Origin: a bacterium | GTDB taxonomy: Bacteria > NPL-UPA2 > JAUVJM01 | Direction: 5' to 3' | DNA: 64,000 nt | Assembly (NCBI GenBank): GCA_030606215.1 | Contig: JAUWGW010000003.1 | Span: 4,407-68,406 of the forward strand | In this document: in pieces, positions 7,701-15,238 of the stretch | How the letters are laid out: each line of letters begins with the position of its first letter | Position numbering within the stretch: position 1 is the first letter of the stretch | Program-made: the position numbers and the translations under genes | The notes under the pieces: generated by a model | The model's database searches: none | Told to the model about the DNA's origin: nothing | What the model saw: the letters and a program-made list of their open reading frames with translations, nothing else

Positions 7701-8093
7701 CCGCATGGTTATAACGACAAAGTTATGAGAGTAAAACAATTATTTGAGGAGGAAATCAAACATCGTAGGGCTGAAAGAGAACATACTCTTTCACTAACTC
7801 AGGCTCAGCGGTATGTCCTCCGGGAACTGCGTATATTGTTCCAGCGTGTTGAAGATGAGGACACTAAAGCTCAAATCAATATACTTGATAAGGCATTTCG
7901 GGTGACACCGACGGTTGCTGTGAATAGAGAACTGAATTATCTAAGGAGGAATGGAATTGTCGGAGAAAGTCTTCTTAAGAATTTGACACGCATTTATCAT
8001 CAACATAGTTTGAAAGAGCGTGTGGACCAAAAAGCTATTACGAGTGACAGTGAGATAATTCCCAGGATAGTTTGTAGTGAATGCTTGGTCTAA
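4776..8093 (+). CDS. PLD-family nuclease (single HKD) fused to an SNF2/SF2 helicase
   Basis: HKD motif HAKAYIFD...GSSNLT (His codon at 5205). Helicase motifs GLGKS (~5640), DESH (~5877), LTATP and QRLGRIDRIG. The track ATG at 4728 lies inside the HEPN gene. GTG 4776 (VSDVIDNRK...) overlaps the HEPN stop within GTGAGTGA and is the more plausible start. Confidence 0.8.
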   Translation: MSDVIDNRKVRLGDAIGKILPNAERAKFAVGYFFLSGLEAIQKHLAGVSELRLLIGNTTNRQTLEQISEGYKRLDLAQQAMDDITKFSKRSEKKHRISETAENLKEAVALMDQTNEGEELVNILIRLIEEKRLKVKVYTKGRLHAKAYIFDYKQDGRYEKGIAVVGSSNLTLSGIEHNTELNVVVQGNDNHRELTKWFEELWSEAEDFETHLMNELKQSWAVVPATPYDIYMKTLYALVRDRLEEGEGAEILWDDEITRDLADFQKVAVRQSIQMIRDNGGCFVSDVVGLGKSYIGSAILKHFERTEHARPLIICPKTLEDMWEGYNEVYHLNARVLPMSLLKAKDEEDINMLLEDVKYRDRNVVLVDESHNFRHHTIQRYQILQTFFSTGRKCCFLTATPRNKTAWDLYHQIKLFHPDDKTDLPIEPPDLKQYFKAIEKGERKLPDILAHILIRRTRRHILRWYGYAEDTSQPLRELSDTVCQPYLDGERRAYVMVGAKHQYFPKRELETMRYSIEKTYRGLYQQIRGYLGRPRGERYKPKPGVELTYARYGLWHYVHEDKRRKKPYSDLHRAGINLRGIIRVLLFKRFESSVAAFRETLRRLIRIHSAFLKSLEQGVIPAGDDAQQLLYESDKISEVDLLEQLRELSGAYESKDFYVDELKKHIKADKELLETMFSLVEPITPKNDGKLQTLFSGMQNEPLCRGKCLIFTQYADTARYLYENLNPGDKQPDIDVIYGADKSKIRMAGRFAPEANPEYKFQKGEREVRILVATDVMAEGLNLQDCDKVINYDLHWNPVRLIQRLGRIDRIGTEHDIVWAFNFLPESELDKGLRITEVLARRIEEIHDTIGEDSAILDKSEQLNEEAMYAIYEKKGGQLTFFEEDEKEFIDLNEAEEMLRQMRRERPEEFDRIAHLHDGIRSARVSDTKGHYVFCQAGRFQKLYLVDAKGKIISRDIPRVLGTIRCSPVEPTESLPHGYNDKVMRVKQLFEEEIKHRRAEREHTLSLTQAQRYVLRELRILFQRVEDEDTKAQINILDKAFRVTPTVAVNRELNYLRRNGIVGESLLKNLTRIYHQHSLKERVDQKAITSDSEIIPRIVCSECLV

Positions 8094-8112
8094 AACTCAC
8101 AGTTTCCGTGTC

Positions 8113-8141
8113 TTGACAAATTAGATTTGGGGTGATAATAT
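8113..8141 (+). promoter_or_regulatory. Sigma70-like promoter upstream of grpE (TTGACA-17 nt-TAATAT)
   Basis: TTGACA at 8113-8118, a 17-nt spacer, TAATAT at 8136-8141, 40 nt upstream of the GTG start of grpE. Confidence 0.5.
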
Positions 8142-8180
8142 TTATCAAGTCAAAAGTCGTGGGATTGTGGAGGAGATTGA

Positions 8181-8804
8181 GTGACTGAGGAACATAAAAC
8201 TGAAGGGCATGAAGAGATAAAGGAAAATGTAGTTGAAAGTGAATCTACACCTGGGGAAAAGTTGGTTAAAGCATCTCAGGAAGGAGTGAAGAAGAAGACA
8301 GAGCGTAAGAGAACAGCGAAAATAAAAGTTTCGCGGGATGAATGGGGAAAGGTTCTCGAAAAAGCGCAGAAGGCAGATGAATATTTTGACCAGCTTCTCA
8401 GGTTGAAGGCTGAATTTGATAATTACCGCAAGCGGATGAACAGGGAAAGAGAAGAGTTTGCGAAATATGCCGCGGAGGAATTGATATGTGAAATTCTTAC
8501 TGTAGTTGACCATCTGGAAAATGCAATTTCGGCGTCCGGAAAGAGCGAAGATTATAAGGTATTAGTTGAAGGGGTAGAGATTACCAGAAAAGAAGCTCTG
8601 AGGATTCTCTGTCAGTGGGGATTAGAGGAAATCAAAGCGATTGGCGAAAAGTTTGATCCTGAGAAACATGAAGCAATTGAGTGTATTGATTGTGGAGAAG
8701 AAGAAGGTAAAATTGTGGAGGAGTTGAGAAAAGGATACTGTTTAAAAGGTAAACTTATACGGCCATCTATAGTTAAGGTGGCAGGGAGGAACAAGAATGG
8801 GTAA
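8181..8804 (+). CDS. grpE: Nucleotide exchange factor GrpE
   Basis: 207 aa. Long charged helix followed by a beta domain ([10 protein letters not shown]...[16 protein letters not shown]). GTG start preceded by GGAGGAG. grpE-dnaK-dnaJ order. Confidence 0.9.
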   Translation: MTEEHKTEGHEEIKENVVESESTPGEKLVKASQEGVKKKTERKRTAKIKVSRDEWGKVLEKAQKADEYFDQLLRLKAEFDNYRKRMNREREEFAKYAAEELICEILTVVDHLENAISASGKSEDYKVLVEGVEITRKEALRILCQWGLEEIKAIGEKFDPEKHEAIECIDCGEEEGKIVEELRKGYCLKGKLIRPSIVKVAGRNKNG

Positions 8805-10737
8805 GGTAATAGGGATTGACTTGGGCACAACAAACTCGGTTGTTGCTATTATGGAAGCGGGTAAACCTACGGTGATTGTGAATCCTGAGGGCATCCGCAC
8901 TACACCCTCTGTTGTGGCTTTCACAAAGAGCGGTGAGAGGTTGGTAGGACTGACAGCAAAGAGGCAGGCTGTTACGAACCCGGAAAATACTGTGTTTTCC
9001 ATTAAACGATTTATGGGGCGGAAGTTTGATGACTCTGAGGTTGTCAGGGCAAAGAAAATAGTCCCATATCGAATGTCTGAGGCAGGCAATGGTGATGTTC
9101 AGGTAGAAGTTGGCGGTAAAGCTTACAGCCCGCCTGAAATTTCTGCAATGGTGCTTCAAAAGATGAAGCAGACTGCAGAAAATTACCTCGGTGAGAAAGT
9201 TACCCAGGCAATTGTTACAGTCCCTGCATATTTCAATGACAGCCAGCGCCAGGCAACAAAGGATGCCGGTAAGGTTGCAGGGCTTGAAGTCCTGCGGATA
9301 ATAAATGAGCCCACTGCGGCTTCCCTTGCTTATGGATTGGAGAAGAAAAAAGAAGAGAAAATTGCGGTATTTGATTTAGGGGGCGGAACTTTTGACATCT
9401 CAATCCTTGAACTTGGAGAAGGCGTTTTTGAAGTAAAGGCTACGAATGGGAATACTTTCCTTGGAGGGGATGATTTTGACCAGAGAATCATTGACTGGCT
9501 GGCAGATGAATTCAAGAAAGAGCAGGGGATTGATTTGAGAAATGACAGGATGGCCCTGCAGAGGTTGAGAGAAGGTGCGGAAAGGGCAAAATGCGAACTT
9601 TCCAGTTCACTCCAGACGGAGATAAACTTACCTTTTATCACTGCTGATGCGAGTGGTCCGAAACATCTCAGCAGGACTCTGACAAGAGCAAAACTTGAGC
9701 AGTTGACAGCTGACCTTGTGGAGAAGGTTGAGGAACCGTGTCGTCAGGCGCTTAATGATGCAAAACTTTCATCCGGTGATATTGATGAAGTTATTCTCGT
9801 TGGAGGTCAGACGAGGTCTCCTGCTGTTCAGGAAAAAGTGAAGGAGATTTTTGGCAAGGAGCCTCATAAAGGAGTAAATCCGGATGAGGTTGTAGCTGTT
9901 GGAGCGGCTATTCAAGTGGGTGTGCTTGGCGGCGAAGTGAAGGATGTGCTTCTCCTGGATGTAACTCCACTTTCCCTCGGCATAGAAACTCTTGGTGCAG
10001 TTTTCACAAAGCTAATTGAGCGTAATACAACAATCCCGACTAAGAAGAGTCAGATTTTTTCTACAGCGGCGGACAGTCAACCTGCCGTGACCATACATGT
10101 TCTCCAGGGAGAACGTGGAATGGCGGCTGACAACAGGAGTCTTGGGCGGTTTGACCTGGTTGGGATACCACCTGCGCCTCGTGGTGTTCCTCAGATAGAG
10201 GTTGCTTTTGACATTGACGCTAATGGTATTGTCCATGTTTCCGCAAAAGACCTTGGCACGGGAAAAGAACAGAAGATAAAGATTCAACCATCAAGCGGTT
10301 TGACAGAAGAGGAAATAGAGAAGATGAGGAAATCTGCTGACGCTCACGCTGAGGAGGACAGGAAGAAAAGAGAACTGGCTGAGGCGAAAAACCAGGCTGA
10401 TAATCTGATATATACTACGGAAAAATCTCTCAAGGATATTGGTGATAAAATAGAGCCTGCTGAGAAGGAGAAGATAAGCACAGCTCTTGATAAGGTGAAA
10501 GAAGTCGTTAAGGGTGAGGATGCAGGAGAGATCAAGAAAGCGTGTGAAGAGTTAACGCAGGCTTCCCATAAATTAGCTGAGGCTATATACCAGCAAGCGG
10601 CTGCACAGCGTGAGAAGGAGGGGAAAGAGGAACCGGGGAAAAAAGAAGAGCCCGGGAAAGAAGATAAAGGGAAGAAAGAAGATGTAGTAGATGCGGAATA
10701 TAAAGTTGAAGATGAGGAAGAAAAGAAGGGAAAATGA
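8797..10737 (+). CDS. dnaK: Molecular chaperone DnaK (Hsp70)
   Basis: 646 aa. [24 protein letters not shown] and VILVGGQTR signatures, with an acidic/lysine-rich tail. The start overlaps the grpE stop. Confidence 0.98.
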   Translation: MGKVIGIDLGTTNSVVAIMEAGKPTVIVNPEGIRTTPSVVAFTKSGERLVGLTAKRQAVTNPENTVFSIKRFMGRKFDDSEVVRAKKIVPYRMSEAGNGDVQVEVGGKAYSPPEISAMVLQKMKQTAENYLGEKVTQAIVTVPAYFNDSQRQATKDAGKVAGLEVLRIINEPTAASLAYGLEKKKEEKIAVFDLGGGTFDISILELGEGVFEVKATNGNTFLGGDDFDQRIIDWLADEFKKEQGIDLRNDRMALQRLREGAERAKCELSSSLQTEINLPFITADASGPKHLSRTLTRAKLEQLTADLVEKVEEPCRQALNDAKLSSGDIDEVILVGGQTRSPAVQEKVKEIFGKEPHKGVNPDEVVAVGAAIQVGVLGGEVKDVLLLDVTPLSLGIETLGAVFTKLIERNTTIPTKKSQIFSTAADSQPAVTIHVLQGERGMAADNRSLGRFDLVGIPPAPRGVPQIEVAFDIDANGIVHVSAKDLGTGKEQKIKIQPSSGLTEEEIEKMRKSADAHAEEDRKKRELAEAKNQADNLIYTTEKSLKDIGDKIEPAEKEKISTALDKVKEVVKGEDAGEIKKACEELTQASHKLAEAIYQQAAAQREKEGKEEPGKKEEPGKEDKGKKEDVVDAEYKVEDEEEKKGK

Positions 10738-11882
10738 AGCGCGACTATTATGAAGTGCTTGGTGTGAGCAGGGATGTGAGTGAAGAAGAGATAAAAAAAG
10801 CTTACCGCAAGCTTGCGGTCAAGTACCATCCCGACAAGAATCAAGGCAGTAGAGAAGCAGAGGAGAAATTCAAAGAAGTTTCTGAGGCGTATGAGGTGCT
10901 TCGCGACCCTAAACTGCGTGCTCAGTATGACAGGTTCGGACATGAAGGTGTGCGCCAGGAATTCGCGCGAGCCGGGGCGGGCGGATTTGGTGGACTTGGT
11001 GATGCTTTCAGAACGTTTGAAGAAGTTTTAAGAGAGTTTGGCGGGGGATTTGGCGGGGTTGATGATTTTTTTGGCGGAACGCGCACAGGAGAATTTGTCG
11101 GTGAGAGAGGTGCTGACCTACAGTATGAACTTGGATTAACTCTTGAAGAGGCTGCGTATGGGACAGAGAAAAAAATCAGCATTCCAAGACTTGAGCAATG
11201 TCCTGAGTGTAAAGGTAGTGGTGCAAAGCCCGGGACAGGAAAAACTGTCTGCCCTGTGTGCCAAGGGCATGGGCAGGTGAGGAATCAAGTGGGTTTCTTC
11301 AGTCTGGCGCAGACCTGCAGTAATTGTAGAGGGGCTGGGGAGATAATAAAATCACCCTGTCAGAAGTGCCGTGGTCAGGGTAGAGTTCGGCACAGGCGCG
11401 ATATCAAGGTAAAGGTACCGCATGGTATTGATACCGGCTCCCGATTGAGGATTGTGGGTGAAGGTAATGCTGGTTTAAGAGGGGCTCGTCCTGGGGATTT
11501 ATATGTGGCGATACAGATTCTGCCCCATGAGATTTTCGAGCGGCATAATGATGACCTGTACTGCCGTGTGCCAATAAGTTTTTCTCAGGCGGCGCTTGGA
11601 ACAGAAGTTGTTGTGCCAACTCTGAATGGCAAATTGAGAATGACAGTTCCTGCCGGCACTCAGACTGGAAAGACTTTCAGGGTCAGGGGGAGAGGGATTC
11701 CCCACCTGCACGGCTATGGCAGGGGAGATGAATATGTTGAAGTAGTGGTTGAAACTCCGACTAAGTTGACTAAGAGACAAAAGGAATTGTTGAGAGAAAT
11801 GGCTGAATCTGAAGAAGAGGCATACCCGCTCAGAAAAAGTTTCATAAACAAAGTAAAGAAGCTGTGGGAAAAGAAAACTTAA
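10734..11882 (+). CDS. dnaJ: Co-chaperone DnaJ
   Basis: J-domain HPD (KYHPDKN), a G/F-rich linker, four CxxCxGxG repeats ([32 protein letters not shown]). ATGA overlap with dnaK. Confidence 0.97.
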   Translation: MKRDYYEVLGVSRDVSEEEIKKAYRKLAVKYHPDKNQGSREAEEKFKEVSEAYEVLRDPKLRAQYDRFGHEGVRQEFARAGAGGFGGLGDAFRTFEEVLREFGGGFGGVDDFFGGTRTGEFVGERGADLQYELGLTLEEAAYGTEKKISIPRLEQCPECKGSGAKPGTGKTVCPVCQGHGQVRNQVGFFSLAQTCSNCRGAGEIIKSPCQKCRGQGRVRHRRDIKVKVPHGIDTGSRLRIVGEGNAGLRGARPGDLYVAIQILPHEIFERHNDDLYCRVPISFSQAALGTEVVVPTLNGKLRMTVPAGTQTGKTFRVRGRGIPHLHGYGRGDEYVEVVVETPTKLTKRQKELLREMAESEEEAYPLRKSFINKVKKLWEKKT

Positions 11883-11885
11883 AAA

Positions 11886-12075
11886 TCAAACCTTTGCATT
11901 TTTTCGCTTCCGCGTTATTTCACCCTGCCTTACAGCAGGGTCGGCAAAATCTGCACTTCGTCGGGGCAGAAATTAAACTCGTCGCAGAGCTCCTCAGACA
12001 TAATTTCTGCTATTTCCCGACTATGTTTGATTTTGCCTAAAATAACGAAAGTCGCTCAAAAATACAGAGGTTTGA
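11886..12075. mobile_element. MITE-like palindromic intergenic element, copy A (~190 bp)
   Basis: Terminal inverted repeats: TCAAACCTTTGCATTTTTT at the left, and the reverse complement of AAAAATACAGAGGTTTGA at the right. Internal hairpin CCCTGCC...GCAGGG. Alignable along its length with 19023-19233. Confidence 0.6.
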
Positions 12076-12089
12076 TTGAGAAAGTTCAA

Positions 12090-12830
12090 TTGATAAGATT
12101 TTATGTTCCATCTTCCAGCATTGCCGGGATTAAATTGAGGGTGACCGGTGAGAATTTTCATTATCTCAAGAATGTTTTGCGTATTGATAGGGGGGAGAGC
12201 GTAAAAGCTTTTGATGGAACAGGAAAAGAATATCTCTGCACTGTAGATGAAATTCGTTCTCGTCATATAGAGCTCAATATTATCCAGGTCTTCAAGTGTG
12301 AAACAGAACCAATTGTGGAAATACATCTTGTCCAGAGTTTAATCAAGATGGGACATTTTGAGCATGTTTTGCAGAAGTGCACTGAGCTTGGCGTGAAAAG
12401 GTTTATTCCTGCTGTTACAGAAAGAACGGTTGTAAAGTTGGAAGGGGAAAGAGAAGAAAATCGCAGGTTGAGATGGCAGAAACTCGCAAAGGAGGCGGCA
12501 AGACAGTGCGGCAGAGGAATCTGTCCGGATGTGGAGACTGTGATGGATTTTGAAGATGCGCTTAAATCCGCACAAGCCTGTGACGTCAGTATAATCCCGT
12601 GGGAGGAAGAAAGAGCTTCTCCTCTAAAAAAGATGTTAGGGCAGGTGAAAGGTAATCCGAAGAAAATTATGGTTTTCATTGGCCCGGAGGGTGGATTCAG
12701 TGAAAGAGAAATTTCATCTGCAAGAGAGTCTGGAGTTGTTCCTGTCACTCTCGGTCCACGCCTCCTGCGCTCTGAAACGGCAGCGATTGCTACTGTAGCA
12801 ATCCTTATCCATGAATTAGATGACCGCTAA
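12090..12830 (+). CDS. rsmE: 16S rRNA (uracil1498-N3)-methyltransferase RsmE
   Basis: IGPEGGFSEREI and LGPRLLRSETAAI motifs. The family normally begins M-x-RF(F/Y)V, here L-I-R-F-Y-V from TTG 12090. The track start 12027 lies inside the repeat element, so it is probably a false extension. Confidence 0.8.
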   Translation: MIRFYVPSSSIAGIKLRVTGENFHYLKNVLRIDRGESVKAFDGTGKEYLCTVDEIRSRHIELNIIQVFKCETEPIVEIHLVQSLIKMGHFEHVLQKCTELGVKRFIPAVTERTVVKLEGEREENRRLRWQKLAKEAARQCGRGICPDVETVMDFEDALKSAQACDVSIIPWEEERASPLKKMLGQVKGNPKKIMVFIGPEGGFSEREISSARESGVVPVTLGPRLLRSETAAIATVAILIHELDDR

Positions 12831-12837
12831 ATAGCAC

Positions 12838-13242
12838 TTGTATATGAAGTCAAAGTTTTACACTTATCTCTTGCTCAGTCTTCTCTGGACAGCGCTGATT
12901 TTTCTAGTATCCTCAATCCCTTCAATTGAACTTAAAATTATAGAAGAGAAACCGTGGATAGGAATTCTGCGGAAGGTTTTCACAGACCCTGTTATGCATT
13001 TCTGCGAATTTGCTATTTTAGCTTTTCTTATGATAAACACATTTGTAAATGTGGATAACCTGAGCAGAATCAGAATCCTGAAATTTGTCTTGATTCTTGG
13101 GGCATCCATTGCTGTCCTTAATGAGGTATATCAGTATTTCATCCCATTGAGAGGTTTTCAAATTCAGGATATTGTAATGAATAGTTCCGGTGTTATTTGC
13201 GCAAGTTATCTGCGGCTATTTCTGATGAAGATGTCCGCATAG
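12838..13242 (+). CDS. VanZ-like family membrane protein
   Basis: 134 aa with four hydrophobic segments. NEVYQYFIPLRGFQIQDIVMNSSGV matches the VanZ-like E..Q...P.R....D...N..G pattern. The start may be ATG 12844. Confidence 0.6.
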   Translation: MYMKSKFYTYLLLSLLWTALIFLVSSIPSIELKIIEEKPWIGILRKVFTDPVMHFCEFAILAFLMINTFVNVDNLSRIRILKFVLILGASIAVLNEVYQYFIPLRGFQIQDIVMNSSGVICASYLRLFLMKMSA

Positions 13243-13251
13243 CCTGCATCT

Positions 13252-13290
13252 TGTCATTCTGAGGAGCGTTAGCGACGAAGAATCTCCTGT
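13252..13290. repeat. Half-copy of the GTCATTCTGAG-type intergenic repeat
   Basis: TGTCATTCTGAGGAGCGTTAGCGACGAAGAATCTCC shares the TGTCATTCTGAG core with 35646-35657. Confidence 0.45.
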
Positions 13291-13328
13291 GTGGTTCTAC
13301 AAAAACTTCGGATGGAAAAGAAAGGAGC

Positions 13329-13979
13329 TTGATGGAACCGGTTGAAAAGAGAATAAGACAGATAATAAGAATTCTGCGGAAGATTTATCCAAAGAGTCAT
13401 ACATCTCTACATTATAAAACACCGGTTCAGTTGCTGATATCAACCATTCTTTCAGCACAGTGCACTGATGAAAGGGTTAATCAGATAACCCCATCTCTAT
13501 TCGGTAAGTATAAGAAAGCTTTTGATTTTGCAAATGCAGATGGAAGTGTGCTTGAGCAGGAAATTCGGTCTACAGGTTTTTACAGGAACAAGGCAAGAAA
13601 CATAATCTCTGCATGCAGGAAAATTGTTGCGGAATTCGGCGGGGAAGTTCCTGATAGTATGGAGAAATTAATTACTCTTCCAGGAGTGGCGCGCAAGACA
13701 GCAAATATTGTCCTATCATCCTGTTTCAGGAAAGCTGAAGGTATTGCGGTTGATACTCATGTGCGGCGGCTTGCCGAAAGGCTTGGCTTAAGCAAAAATG
13801 AGGGCCCTGATAAGATTGAACAGGATCTTATGAAGATTGTCCCGAAGAAAGACTGGCTGGATTTTAATTACATACTTGTAAACCATGGTCGCAGCATCTG
13901 TAAGGCGAGGAAACCCCGATGCCGAGAGTGCGTGATAATGGAACTCTGCCCTTCAGCGGAAAAGCAGAATGTGGTATAA
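13329..13979 (+). CDS. nth: Endonuclease III (DNA glycosylase/AP lyase)
   Basis: HhH-GPD motif LPGVARKTANIVL, catalytic-region D, and a C-terminal 4Fe-4S cluster CKARKPRCRECVIMELC. ATG 13332 is an alternative start. Confidence 0.92.
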   Translation: MMEPVEKRIRQIIRILRKIYPKSHTSLHYKTPVQLLISTILSAQCTDERVNQITPSLFGKYKKAFDFANADGSVLEQEIRSTGFYRNKARNIISACRKIVAEFGGEVPDSMEKLITLPGVARKTANIVLSSCFRKAEGIAVDTHVRRLAERLGLSKNEGPDKIEQDLMKIVPKKDWLDFNYILVNHGRSICKARKPRCRECVIMELCPSAEKQNVV

Positions 13980-13984
13980 TTTGG

Positions 13985-14013
13985 TTGACACAAGTATGGC
14001 TCTGTTGTATAAA
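13985..14013 (+). promoter_or_regulatory. Sigma70-like promoter (TTGACA-17 nt-TATAAA) upstream of the ABC ATPase gene
   Basis: TTGACA at 13985-13990 and TATAAA at 14008-14013, 30 nt upstream of ATG 14043. Confidence 0.45.
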
Positions 14014-14042
14014 ATCCAGTAGGATGATATTGGAGGCTGAAA

Positions 14043-15146
14043 ATGGCTAAGGTTACTTTAAAGGATGTCAGCAAGGTCTTTCCCGGGGGAGTTCAAGCAG
14101 TCAATAGTGTAGAGCTTGAGGTAGAGGATAAGGAGTTCCTTGTTCTCGTTGGTCCATCAGGTTGCGGGAAATCTACTACCCTCAGAATGGTTGCGGGTCT
14201 TGAAGAAATAACTGAAGGGGAGATATATATTGGAGGCACACTTGTCAATGACATTCCCCCGAAGGACAGAGATATAGCCATGGTCTTCCAGAATTATGCT
14301 CTCTACCCGCATATGTCTGTGTACAACAATATGGCTTTCGGGCTTAAACTTAGAAAATTCGCGCGGGCAGAGATTGACAGGCGTGTTAATGAAGCGAGTT
14401 CAATGCTTGGTATAAGGGATTTACTGCACAGAAAACCGAAAGAGTTGTCTGGCGGACAGAGGCAGCGGGTGGCAGTCGGTAGAGCAATTGTGCGTAAACC
14501 TAAGGTATTCCTTTTTGACGAACCTCTGAGTAATCTCGATGCGAAGTTGAGAGTTCAGATGCGAGCTGAACTCAGCAAATTGCATACAAGACTTCAGTCA
14601 ACCATGATATATGTAACTCATGACCAGACAGAAGCTATGACTATGGGGGACAGGATTATTGTAATGAAAGATGGGTTTATCCAGCAGATAGCAGATCCTC
14701 TGAATCTTTATGAGAAACCGTCTAACAGGTTTGTAGCCGGGTTCATAGGCAGCCCTCCGATGAATTTCGTTGATGGTAAGCTTGCGAAGAAGGACGGTCG
14801 TGTCTACTTCCAAGGAGGGAGATTTGAGGTAGGGGTAGTGGATGATATTGTGCAGAAACTCGGCGATTATATTGACCAGGAGGTTATTTTTGGTATAAGA
14901 CCAGAAGATATCTATGACAGATTATTTGTGGGTCAGTCCTCGCCAGACAATACGGTTAAGGCTACAGTGGAAGTAGTTGAGCCAATGGGTTCGGAGATAT
15001 TCCTCTACCTGAGTACGGGAGCGAATACTTTAACTGCCCGGGTAGATGTTCATACCCAAGCTTCTGTTGGGCAGGAGTTAGAATTTGTTTTTGATATGGC
15101 CAAGATCCATTTCTTTGATAAGGATTCTGAAGAAACAATCGTCTGA
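14043..15146 (+). CDS. Sugar-type ABC transporter ATP-binding protein (MalK/UgpC/MsmK family), with no adjacent permease genes
   Basis: Walker A GPSGCGKST, signature LSGGQRQR, Walker B LFDEPLS, and a C-terminal MalK-like regulatory/TOBE region. Confidence 0.9.
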   Translation: MAKVTLKDVSKVFPGGVQAVNSVELEVEDKEFLVLVGPSGCGKSTTLRMVAGLEEITEGEIYIGGTLVNDIPPKDRDIAMVFQNYALYPHMSVYNNMAFGLKLRKFARAEIDRRVNEASSMLGIRDLLHRKPKELSGGQRQRVAVGRAIVRKPKVFLFDEPLSNLDAKLRVQMRAELSKLHTRLQSTMIYVTHDQTEAMTMGDRIIVMKDGFIQQIADPLNLYEKPSNRFVAGFIGSPPMNFVDGKLAKKDGRVYFQGGRFEVGVVDDIVQKLGDYIDQEVIFGIRPEDIYDRLFVGQSSPDNTVKATVEVVEPMGSEIFLYLSTGANTLTARVDVHTQASVGQELEFVFDMAKIHFFDKDSEETIV

Positions 15147-15204
15147 GTTTTCTCTCCTGCTTGCCCCATTAGAAAGTTTCTTTCTAATAGGGATTGAGAA
15201 CTTA

Positions 15205-15236
15205 CCTGCTCATTGACGAGCAGGGTTTATTTTTTT
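15205..15236 (+). terminator. Rho-independent terminator after the ABC ATPase gene
   Basis: Stem CCTGCTC / GAGCAGG with loop ATTGAC, followed by GTTTATTTTTTT. A second near-perfect hairpin lies just upstream at 15165-15192 (CCCATTAGAAAG / CTTTCTAATAGGG). Confidence 0.7.
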
Positions 15237-15238
15237 AA

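Noticed and set aside
4776-8093. Assignment to type II Mokosh or to DISARM DrmC/DrmD
   Set aside because: As I recall, Mokosh has an SF1 (Upf1/COG1112-like) helicase with a C-terminal PLD. Here the PLD is N-terminal and the helicase is SF2 with DESH and QxxGRxxR motifs. No DrmA, DrmB or methylase genes are adjacent. This needs an HMM check.
8094-8180. CIRCE/HrcA operator (TTAGCACTC-N9-GAGTGCTAA) upstream of grpE
   Set aside because: I found no such inverted repeat in the spacer, only a sigma70-like promoter. No hrcA gene is present either.
10344-10943. 199-aa minus-strand ORF
   Set aside because: It is antisense to the dnaK 3' end and dnaJ 5' end. Its low-complexity S/F/L-rich sequence mirrors the K/E-rich chaperone tail, so it is a shadow ORF.
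12027-12089. N-terminal extension of rsmE (MILPKITKVAQKYRGLIEKVQ)
   Set aside because: It lies inside the MITE-like element, and the same LPKITKVAQK peptide arises from the second element copy in front of lptE. That points to a repeat-derived artefact.
12263-12748. 161-aa minus-strand ORF
   Set aside because: It is antisense to a confidently identified rsmE and has no motifs.
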